From positions 124,001 to 188,000 of IMG/VR virus record IMGVR_UViG_3300034682_000176: 64,000 nucleotides of DNA. One strand, written 5' to 3'. The notes beneath the pieces were generated by a model that saw only the letters and a list, made by a program, of their open reading frames with translations, searched no databases and had not been told where the DNA came from. How positions within the stretch are numbered: position 1 is the stretch's first letter; each line of letters opens with the position of its first letter. This document shows positions 49,114 through 57,249 of this stretch, in pieces. Made by a program: the position numbers and the translations under genes.

Positions 49114-50736
49114 TTATGCCGTCATGAAAGCCAAAGTGGCATCCAAGATGTCGGTGCTGTTGCTGAAACGGATCTTGCGTTCGTTGTCCAGGTAGTAGGC
49201 TTTGTTTTTCAAAAGCTTGCGCACCTCTTCGATGGCTTCGTCCGACAGCACAGCTTGCAGCGACATGGTGTCACCGTCAAAGTCAGCACCTAGCAAAGCC
49301 ATGTGAGACTGGTGAACGATCAAGCCGTTCACAAATGTGCTGTCCTTGTCGGGGAAGCTATGAAGCACTTCATCCGTGGGGTTCCACTGTTCATCCAGCT
49401 CCCGCACTTGCTTGTACTTGACTGTGGTGAACAGCTTCATGAACGCCGGGTAGATACCACCATAACCCTGGATGGGGTAGCGGGTCACAAACCCTGGCAA
49501 CTTGCCGGACAAGCGCGCCACACTCAGGTACAGCAGTTCCGTCATGGTGATCGGGGCTACGTGCTTTTTGTCCAAGTGTGCTGGCAGGTCACGGATGTCC
49601 TGGAAGAACTTCACGTACTTGCCGTCGTTGTACAGCAGTCCCATGCAGTGCTTGGAGCGGTTGGTAAACACGGGCAGGTGACGAGTGTCTTGCCGTGCGA
49701 AGTTGGCAATCACGGTCTCCAAGCCGTCGGTGGTCATCCAGCGATCGTAGTCCTTTTGGACGTGGCTGTTGAGGACTTCTTCCTTTTGCCAGGTCTTGAG
49801 GTTGGTCATGTAGGCAAAGGTGTTGTTCTCGCTGAACACCTGTTGCACATAACGGGTACGGATCTCGAACAACGTCTTAGGAGACGCGGCACGCAAGAAC
49901 TGGTGCAGACCGACACCGATGTCGTTCATACAGACCCGGTTGGGGTCAGAGATGTGGGTGGGCTCGTTGACCGAAGCCGTGATCACGTTTCGGGTCGAGT
50001 TGAACGTCTTGCGACTGAGCCACTTCCCCAGGATCAGTTTGTGCTTGCCTTCCAGCAGGCTTTGGATGTAGTCGTACAGCTCCAGAATACTCTTTTGCAG
50101 GTTGCTGTAGACATTGTCGTAGGAGTAAGGTGTGCGTCGTGCGATGTCGGCATCCACCAGCTGAGACTGCGCAAGGATGCGGCGGTAGAAGGTGTTGACT
50201 TCATCTTCTTCCGGCTTACCGTTCGGGCTGATGGTGTAGTCCCGCAAACCGGCCGGCATGACCAACATGTAGCGCAGCAAGTGCTTGTCCTCACCGACGG
50301 CCTTGTTGAAGAACTTGATGTTCTCGGTACGCTTGTCTGAAGCATTGGACTCAAAGCTCAAATCCGCCACGTGCTTCAAAAAGAACGTGTAGCCAGTTTG
50401 TGCGGTGGGTTCGTTGCTCTTTTCAAACTGACGCAGTTTGGGATTCCAGATGGCGGAGATCGAGCCATCCATGATGCCTTTGTAAAAAGACTTCAAGGTG
50501 ATGATGGTCTTGTACACCAAGGGGTGCAAGATGGGGTAGCGCAGATCGATGTAGCCAAACATGCGGGTGCGATGCTCGCTGCCAATCGGACCAAAGATCT
50601 GGGTCGAGAACAAACCATCTTGGTGGAAGTTGCTACCCTGACCAAAGATCTGCAGCTCCTTGATCTGACCCAAGCGCGATAGGTCAGAATCCTTGACACG
50701 CAACAGCGCGATGTTAACCGGTGGGAGTGAAGACAT
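49114..50736 (-). CDS. virion RNA polymerase beta'-like catalytic subunit (phiKZ gp180-like)
   Basis: NFHQDGLFS-QIFG-IGS, RNVIT, VTRYP and GADFDGD catalytic motif. Confidence 0.88.
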   Translation of the reverse strand: MSSLPPVNIALLRVKDSDLSRLGQIKELQIFGQGSNFHQDGLFSTQIFGPIGSEHRTRMFGYIDLRYPILHPLVYKTIITLKSFYKGIMDGSISAIWNPKLRQFEKSNEPTAQTGYTFFLKHVADLSFESNASDKRTENIKFFNKAVGEDKHLLRYMLVMPAGLRDYTISPNGKPEEDEVNTFYRRILAQSQLVDADIARRTPYSYDNVYSNLQKSILELYDYIQSLLEGKHKLILGKWLSRKTFNSTRNVITASVNEPTHISDPNRVCMNDIGVGLHQFLRAASPKTLFEIRTRYVQQVFSENNTFAYMTNLKTWQKEEVLNSHVQKDYDRWMTTDGLETVIANFARQDTRHLPVFTNRSKHCMGLLYNDGKYVKFFQDIRDLPAHLDKKHVAPITMTELLYLSVARLSGKLPGFVTRYPIQGYGGIYPAFMKLFTTVKYKQVRELDEQWNPTDEVLHSFPDKDSTFVNGLIVHQSHMALLGADFDGDTMSLQAVLSDEAIEEVRKLLKNKAYYLDNERKIRFSNSTDILDATLAFMTA

Positions 50737-50880
50737 GTCGAAGCTCTCAAGATAGGATTAAAGGGTTCACAAAATCTAACCGACAGTGTGGTAAGACAAG
50801 TCAGGACTTGTCGAAGTGCTATTGTTTTTTCAAAATTATTGTACCTCTATGATGGGAGACTCGTTTGACCTGTATTTGGT

Positions 50881-50898
50881 TACATATATAGATCACGA
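50881..50898 (+). promoter_or_regulatory. putative early promoter motif driving the repeat-protein operon
   Basis: tacatatata-gatc-acga. Confidence 0.65.
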
Positions 50899-50940
50899 TG
50901 CGTACTGTCAACCACAACCTTTCACGGAAGGAACCTCTCT

Positions 50941-51120
50941 ATGTCTTCTACCACCACCGTCCCAGCCGCTTCCGGCTCTCAAGCGCTCAGCGCCTACGAA
51001 ACCCTCTACCAACTCCATGTAGAGAAACCGCAACCTTCAGCGGAACCCAAAAACGTTGCGGCGACCCAACAGCCGCGCGCCGTCCTGCGTCGTCGCTATC
51101 GTCGTACGGTGACCCGCTAA
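50941..51120 (+). CDS. 59-aa peptide with Arg-rich C-terminus (not in the ORF track)
   Basis: SD aagga; MSSTTTVPAASGSQALSAYETLYQLHVEKPQPSAEPKNVAATQQPRAVLRRRYRRTVTR*. Confidence 0.65.
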   Translation: MSSTTTVPAASGSQALSAYETLYQLHVEKPQPSAEPKNVAATQQPRAVLRRRYRRTVTR

Positions 51121-51145
51121 TTCCTGGGGATGTAATTCCTATAGC

Positions 51146-51351
51146 AACATAACCTATCAGTAAGCCTCAGGACTCTTGTCCGGGCTGTGATATCACGCTG
51201 CGTTTAACACGCAGACCACATTGACAGTACGCGCACCGGGGTGCTTGACTCTTACGCAGGTCTGCACCCCACCCATCACAATCGAGCATCCGTATAGCGA
51301 CTATGTCGGTCGTCGGAGTCTAGGTTGTTTCACTGTTTAGAGGGCAGTGAG
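51146..51351 (+). ncRNA. candidate structured RNA or leader
   Basis: nested stems aaccta/taggtt, agcc-ggac/gtcc-ggct, tgtgat/atcaca, ctgcgt/acgcag, ggggtgc/gcacccc, tccg-cgac/gtcg-cgga, tcactg/cagtga. Confidence 0.5.
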
Positions 51352-51378
51352 CCGTTAGTAACAAAAAGGAGTATCAAC

Positions 51379-52137
51379 GTGAGAGCACCGGTTAATCAAG
51401 AGCTGATTAAAAGCTATCATCAATTCAACACCAAGAACGTGCCGCTGAGCGTGTTCTTGATGCGTGTCAACAATCTGCGCTGGGACGTCAAAAGAGCTGG
51501 CGAAACCCCTTACGTACCACGAACGGGCGGGCTTGTTGCACAATACAAAGAACTCTACGATCGCATCGAATCTCCAACTGTGGGGTTCGATGTGTTCTGC
51601 CGCCGAATGCGCAACGGCCGTGATGTCGAAGAAGCAGCCAAAGCTCCGAAGATTGAACCTTCTGAGCTGTACAGCTACTACCACCAATACCAAGACAAAC
51701 CAGCGGTAGGGTACACCACCTTCTTTAACCGCGTGGTGTCTTTGAATTGGGAGCGCATCAAAGCCATCACCACACCACCGACGCGCAAAATGAAACCGCG
51801 CAAAGAGGTACGTTCCAACACGTACCTGGCCATGTGGTTCAACAAAAACATTGAACGCGCCAAAGTCGATTGGAGCTGTTTTTCCCAACGTGTCTTCAAA
51901 GGCGGGTGGGACAAAGAAAGAGCTCTGACGACACCTTCCATGGCCGAGAATGAATCTCAGCTGCGCGCCTTCTACAACCAACACCCTGACTGTCCAGTCA
52001 ACTACATGACGTTCCACCGTCGTGTGTATGCCCTGGGGTGGGATATGCAGCGTGCAATCTCTACCCCAGTTCGTGACAACACCCGTTCGCAGCGTGAGCG
52101 CGTCGTTGTGAGTTCCCGACCATCCAAGTACAACTAA
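51379..52137 (+). CDS. HTH-like repeat protein (5 repeats)
   Basis: SD aaggag plus GTG; five F--RV---(G)W----A-(T)TP units. Confidence 0.85.
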   Translation: MRAPVNQELIKSYHQFNTKNVPLSVFLMRVNNLRWDVKRAGETPYVPRTGGLVAQYKELYDRIESPTVGFDVFCRRMRNGRDVEEAAKAPKIEPSELYSYYHQYQDKPAVGYTTFFNRVVSLNWERIKAITTPPTRKMKPRKEVRSNTYLAMWFNKNIERAKVDWSCFSQRVFKGGWDKERALTTPSMAENESQLRAFYNQHPDCPVNYMTFHRRVYALGWDMQRAISTPVRDNTRSQRERVVVSSRPSKYN

Positions 52138-52160
52138 TCCACCCCGTAAAGCGTATAGTC

Positions 52161-52628
52161 ATGACCACTACTTTGCGTATTTTGAAGACCGCTCCTTACA
52201 TCACACCCATCGAACAACTGTTGCGTGAGTATCAAGAATTTGCCAACCTGAGTCTTCCCAAAGACGTCTACATCAGCCGTGGTGGTGTTCAAGCCAAAAC
52301 ACCTCAGTTGAGTGCTGCCAGCTACATCCCTGACAGTCTGGAAGACCGTTCGCTACTCAAGCAGTTTGAACAGATCGAAGGACGTGTCGTAGATTTTGGC
52401 ACCTTCCGCCGCCGTGTGCGCGGCGGTATGGAAACCATGCCAGCAGCCAAGACTCCGCTGCGCAAACGCAATCGTTCGTCCTACCAGAGCCACAACAAAA
52501 GTGGCATTCGTCTGGCGTACGAGCATGCTCCATCGACTCCGGCCGTTCCATTCAGCACGTACTACGTGCGTGTGAAAGTGCTGAGCTGGCCTATCCAAAA
52601 AGCTCTGTACACCCCTTTGCATCATTGA
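52161..52628 (+). CDS. HTH-like repeat protein (2 repeats)
   Basis: VDFGTFRRRVRGG...AAKTP and VPFSTYYVRVKVLSW--QKALYTP. Confidence 0.8.
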   Translation: MTTTLRILKTAPYITPIEQLLREYQEFANLSLPKDVYISRGGVQAKTPQLSAASYIPDSLEDRSLLKQFEQIEGRVVDFGTFRRRVRGGMETMPAAKTPLRKRNRSSYQSHNKSGIRLAYEHAPSTPAVPFSTYYVRVKVLSWPIQKALYTPLHH

Positions 52629-52644
52629 CCCCTTTGTTTTTGAA

Positions 52645-52992
52645 ATGAGTATGTTGGACCAACCCACACCACAAATCGACAAGACCACTTTTAAGTCTCC
52701 GAAAGACATTCGGGAACAACTGGAGCAAATCTATCGTGACCATCCCAATCCACCGATTCCATACTCGGTGTTTTACTCGCGTGTGCAGTACCTGGGTTGG
52801 GACGTCATCAGTGCGTTGACCACGGCCATTGCCAAGGAGTTCAGCCATCGCCCACGTGGCGAGATCCGTCAGTTCTACGACGACAATGTAGCGCGCGCTC
52901 AAGTCAACCTGAACGTATACAACGGTCGGGTGCGTATGGGTGGTTGGGACAAAGAAAAAGCGTTGACGACACCTGTTGGCGCTCGTGCTTGA
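52645..52992 (+). CDS. HTH-like repeat protein (2 repeats)
   Basis: IPYSVFYSRVQYLGWD...ALTT and VNLNVYNGRVRMGGWDKEKALTTP. Confidence 0.8.
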   Translation: MSMLDQPTPQIDKTTFKSPKDIREQLEQIYRDHPNPPIPYSVFYSRVQYLGWDVISALTTAIAKEFSHRPRGEIRQFYDDNVARAQVNLNVYNGRVRMGGWDKEKALTTPVGARA

Positions 52993-53010
52993 TATAAAAA
53001 GGAGTTTCAG

Positions 53011-54012
53011 ATGAGTCAGAAAAAACCATCTCAGTACAACCGTGATGAGTTGATCAACTACTACAACAAAGTAGACAACCCAGCGGTACCGCTGGGTCGC
53101 TTCTTGCAACGGGTCAGCCAAAGCGGCTGGACCTTGGAGCGTGCAGCCACTGCTACGGCTTACCGCAGCGGTGGTACTGCCCACCGCTGTACCGAGTACT
53201 ACAACGCAGTTCCTCCAGAGGAGCGCGGTGTGACGTTCGATACGTTCTACAGCCGTGTGATGCGGGGGTGGGACATGCACCGCGCTGCCCGTGAAAAGCC
53301 ACGGGAAAAAGCAGCACCCTACCGTGAGTTCTACGACAAACACCCCAACCCCCAAGTGGACTTCGCCATTTTTTATGTGCGGGTCCACTCCAACAATTGG
53401 GAACTAGAGCGCGCCATTACCACACCGGTCGTACCTATGGCCGATGGTCGTGACTGGTGCCAGGAACGGGTGTTCTACGAAGCCAACCGCCATCGCGCCA
53501 AGGTTGATCTGGCCTTGTTCCACAACCGCGTGAAAATGCGCAAGTGGGACATGGAAACTGCATTGGTCACACCGAAGCGTGACAGCGCAACGCGAAACGA
53601 AAGCCTGCGCAGCTACTTTGACAACCACCCCAATCCACAAGTCAGCTACAAGACTTTTGTCAGCCGTGCGGGTCGTGGTGGTTGGACCAAAGAGTCAGCC
53701 ATCACAGCCCAGCCACGTCCAGTGACAGCCCGTCGTAACGGCGCCAAGTCGGACATGCCTTTGACACCTCGTCAGCAACGCTTTGCCGATGCGCGGGAGT
53801 TCTTCAAAGAGCACAAGGACTTGGCGGTTGTGGATGTGCAAACGTTCTTGCGTCGTGTGTGTTCAGACAACTGGGACCCAATGCAGGCCATCACTACCGA
53901 ACTGGCGGACACCAAACCCACACGGGCTGAAACTGGTGCAATGACCAATTCGTTGCAATCGGCATTCATGAACTTCTGTCGTCCGGCTGTGTCGTCATCA
54001 GCTCACTCATAA
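53011..54012 (+). CDS. HTH-like repeat protein (6 repeats)
   Basis: SD aaggag; six repeat units. Confidence 0.85.
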   Translation: MSQKKPSQYNRDELINYYNKVDNPAVPLGRFLQRVSQSGWTLERAATATAYRSGGTAHRCTEYYNAVPPEERGVTFDTFYSRVMRGWDMHRAAREKPREKAAPYREFYDKHPNPQVDFAIFYVRVHSNNWELERAITTPVVPMADGRDWCQERVFYEANRHRAKVDLALFHNRVKMRKWDMETALVTPKRDSATRNESLRSYFDNHPNPQVSYKTFVSRAGRGGWTKESAITAQPRPVTARRNGAKSDMPLTPRQQRFADAREFFKEHKDLAVVDVQTFLRRVCSDNWDPMQAITTELADTKPTRAETGAMTNSLQSAFMNFCRPAVSSSAHS

Positions 54013-54021
54013 TTGACTGTC

Positions 54022-54058
54022 AGCCATCTAAGCGTCCTCACGGATGCTTAGATGGTTT
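54022..54058 (+). terminator. terminator closing the repeat operon
   Basis: agccatctaagcgtcc-tcac-ggatgcttagatggtt. Confidence 0.7.
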
Positions 54059-54088
54059 GATGTCACATTTGACTAAGGGGTATTTTTT

Positions 54089-57000
54089 ATGGCCGGAAAG
54101 AAAACTAAAAAGGACGGGGTCGACGAGTTGGATTTTGGTGATCTTGACGATCTGGATATGGATGAGGTCAATTTTGACGATTCCAGTCTTGATGATCCCG
54201 ACCGCGCTCCGTCTCGTTCTGAAGTTGCCAAGGACATGGCCAAACAAGCCAGCACAGGCTTTGTGGAATCCATGGCCAAGAAGACAGCAGAAAAGGCACT
54301 GCCGCCGGAGTACGCCAGCAACTATAGCGATGTCATGGACCTGGCAGGATTTGCCACTGACGTCGTGGATCGCAATAAGCAGCAGCTGGACAAATCCATG
54401 TTCAAGCTGGGCAAAGAAGTCAAGAAGCTGTTGCCCATGCAAATTGGGTTGCTGGACAAATACCTCGCCAAAAAGGAAGAGGAGTTTGCCGAGTTCAAAC
54501 AGCAGTCCGAAGAAGAGATGCGCAATGCCTCGATTTCTTCGGAGCTCAGCTCGATCTTTGACCAACAGCTCGATATCCAAAAGGCACTGGAAGCTAAGCG
54601 TTCTGCAGAGGGTCGCGTTGAGACCAAAGAGCGCCTGATCGCTACCAAGCTCAATTTGGATGTACTGCGTAGCATCGATGCCAATGTGGCAACCAGTGCT
54701 GCGTTTGAGACGCAAATCTCCAAGCAGTTCTTCCGCAAGTCGTTGGAGTTGCAGTACAAGTCGTTCTTCGTGCAAGCAGACATGCTGCGCACGATGCGGG
54801 ACAGCTACAAGGGCTTTACGCTGTTGTTGACCAACATCGAAAAGAACTCGGCGCTGCCTGACTACGTCAAACTCAAGAACACTGAGCGACTGGCTGACAT
54901 TGCTCGCACCAACGCGACACAAGCGGTATATTCCCAATTGTTCAGCCGCAACAAGTACATCCAAACAGTCAAGGACCGTTTAGGGCGTGCTGTCAACGAC
55001 AAGGTCACATCGATCACCGACTCCATGGGAGACATCACTGATGCCCTGTCGATGATGAACGATGGTGGCAAAGGTGCGGGTTTGCGTGCACTGGGTGGTA
55101 TTGCTGCTGGTATTGGTGGTGACACTTTGGGTGAGATGGCAGGTACTCGCTTGGGAGGTAAACTGCAAGAGCGCTTGAAGGACAACAAGTATCTCAACAC
55201 CGGCGCCAACTACCTCAAAGCCTTTGCAGCTTCTCCAGCCACGCTGATGCGGTCTTTGCGCGACAAGGCGGCCGAGCGTGAACAAGAAGCGGAAGGCCGT
55301 GGCAGCTGGAGCTCTAAGCTGTACGGCATGGCCCGTGCAGGTTTGGATTTGACAGCCGAAGATCGTCCTAACATCGGTGTCAAACGGGACAATTACCTGG
55401 ACCACAACCAGCCAGCCATCTTTGACAACAAGGCGCACCGTTCGATCACGGAAGCCATTCCCATGCTGCTGTCGCGTATCTTGCAAAAGAACAGCGACAT
55501 GAACCAGATGTACTACCAGGCTAACCAACACATCGTTAGCCCACCCAACTCACCGTTGCTGATGTACGACTACCAAGGTCGTAAGCTGGACAGCGGCGAA
55601 AGCATCAAAGCCAAACTGCAAGACAGTGTGTTCTCCCAGCGTTCGACCAAGAACCGCACGACGGCCATTGCCTCGAACACGCTGACCAAGTCCAAGGCCA
55701 ACATCTCCCGCAATACGGCGATGACCAAGGACCAAAAGAAACAGCTCAACGCCACCTTGAACGCCAAAGGCGCGCAAGACGCATTGGCTGAGTACTACGC
55801 CCGAGCATCGTCGATCAAGGGGATCAACCTCGATCACGACACACTCATCGTCAATGCCGGTAAGAACAAAGACTTGGCGGCCTTGATCAACGCTAACCCT
55901 CAACTTGCAAAGGTCATTGATGTACTTCGCCAAAATTCAGACAAAGACAATTCATACATCGACCAAAGCCTTGCTGACGTCCAGAACCCTTATCCTATCG
56001 AGGCGATTAAAAACCTCTTTACAGATTCCTCGAAACTCACCAGTGCCAAGCAACCTAACCTTGTCACGGACAAAAACGCAAACGCCATCTCCAAAGCGCT
56101 GAGTCGTTTCATCCTCAACCGTGGTGAAGACATCACGGCCAACAACATCTTGTCGCGGCTGGCATTCAGCTACTTCCGACCTGATGAGTTCAATGAGCAA
56201 GTCAAGCAAAACATCGCGGTGTTGATCGACGATGTCAAACGCATCACCTCGCACGGCGATATCGTTTTGCAAAGCTCACTGATGGCCTTGTTGGCACTGG
56301 TCAACCAGTCGCTCAAAGCCAACTTCGAGATTGACCCTGCGGTCTTTAGCAATATCCGCGAACTGTACCCCGACTTTGTCAAGCAGTCCCGACTGACCAT
56401 TGAAAATCTGGCCGAAGGCAAGATAGATGCTGGTGTCGACGAGTACATGAACTTCATGGACATCAAGGACGCTACCAAGGTGTCTAACCGCGAAGTCGGT
56501 TTGATTCGTGAGCAGGTGTTTGCGACTTCTGGGGTTGATCGCATTCTCTCTCGCGCCAAGAGCAAGGGTGAAGAGTTCAAGAAAGGACTCACAGCGGCCA
56601 GCAGTTCTCCGACAGCCATGGCTGAGTTCCTGCTGCAACAAGCCAAGAGCTTCAAGTCAACGGTCGCCGCCTCGCTGACCAAGACGTCCAATGAAATCCA
56701 GCAAGGATTTACCAAGCTGGGTAACCACGTCGATACCTTGGTCAAGGAAGGTTCTGCCAAAGCCCTGGGGTTGATGGTCCAAGAACTCTCTGCCCTGGAT
56801 CAAAAACTGGAAAACTACATCGTGCTGACACAGAACGATTTGGCCCAGCGTACTGAAGAGCTGCAAAACGCCAAAGACAGCGTGGTTGAAGTCACTACCC
56901 AAACCAAGCTGCAGCGTGCCGCCACCCGTGAACTTGAACTGTTTGTGCGCATGGGGGAGAAGAACCTCAACGCACTGGTCAAGCTGCGCGAGACCGTCCA

Positions 57001-57172
57001 ACGCAACACCCAGTCCATCCGCCAGATGGCACAAAACCCAACCACTCCTCCAACCGAAGCTTTGCGCAAAATGGGCACGGCCATCCGTGACGTGTTGGAC
57101 CAAGCCAAGAAACAGTTGGCAGAGCTGGAAGCCGCAGGGGCTTCTGAGCGCGCGGCCGCAGTAGCGGCGTGA
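54089..57172 (+). CDS. large helical virion/tail protein (tape-measure-like, 1027 aa)
   Basis: acidic N-terminus; KSLELQY, I-KN-ALPDYVK and S--E-IP-LL-RIL motifs; coiled coils; late-type motif at 54051. Confidence 0.65.
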   Translation: MAGKKTKKDGVDELDFGDLDDLDMDEVNFDDSSLDDPDRAPSRSEVAKDMAKQASTGFVESMAKKTAEKALPPEYASNYSDVMDLAGFATDVVDRNKQQLDKSMFKLGKEVKKLLPMQIGLLDKYLAKKEEEFAEFKQQSEEEMRNASISSELSSIFDQQLDIQKALEAKRSAEGRVETKERLIATKLNLDVLRSIDANVATSAAFETQISKQFFRKSLELQYKSFFVQADMLRTMRDSYKGFTLLLTNIEKNSALPDYVKLKNTERLADIARTNATQAVYSQLFSRNKYIQTVKDRLGRAVNDKVTSITDSMGDITDALSMMNDGGKGAGLRALGGIAAGIGGDTLGEMAGTRLGGKLQERLKDNKYLNTGANYLKAFAASPATLMRSLRDKAAEREQEAEGRGSWSSKLYGMARAGLDLTAEDRPNIGVKRDNYLDHNQPAIFDNKAHRSITEAIPMLLSRILQKNSDMNQMYYQANQHIVSPPNSPLLMYDYQGRKLDSGESIKAKLQDSVFSQRSTKNRTTAIASNTLTKSKANISRNTAMTKDQKKQLNATLNAKGAQDALAEYYARASSIKGINLDHDTLIVNAGKNKDLAALINANPQLAKVIDVLRQNSDKDNSYIDQSLADVQNPYPIEAIKNLFTDSSKLTSAKQPNLVTDKNANAISKALSRFILNRGEDITANNILSRLAFSYFRPDEFNEQVKQNIAVLIDDVKRITSHGDIVLQSSLMALLALVNQSLKANFEIDPAVFSNIRELYPDFVKQSRLTIENLAEGKIDAGVDEYMNFMDIKDATKVSNREVGLIREQVFATSGVDRILSRAKSKGEEFKKGLTAASSSPTAMAEFLLQQAKSFKSTVAASLTKTSNEIQQGFTKLGNHVDTLVKEGSAKALGLMVQELSALDQKLENYIVLTQNDLAQRTEELQNAKDSVVEVTTQTKLQRAATRELELFVRMGEKNLNALVKLRETVQRNTQSIRQMAQNPTTPPTEALRKMGTAIRDVLDQAKKQLAELEAAGASERAAAVAA

Positions 57173-57185
57173 TTGTCCTACCCTG

Positions 57186-57239
57186 ACCCACCCACCGGTC
57201 CCGTAAAGACTGGTGGGTGTGGTGGTCTTTTTTCTTTTT
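57186..57239 (+). terminator. hairpin between the two tail genes
   Basis: cacccaccggtc / gactggtgggtg plus T-run. Confidence 0.6.
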
Positions 57240-57249
57240 AGGAGAAGGT

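Noticed and set aside
50898-51152. 84-aa ORF in the track
   Set aside because: Starts at the promoter motif with no SD; the 50941-51120 frame has an SD and phage-like codons.
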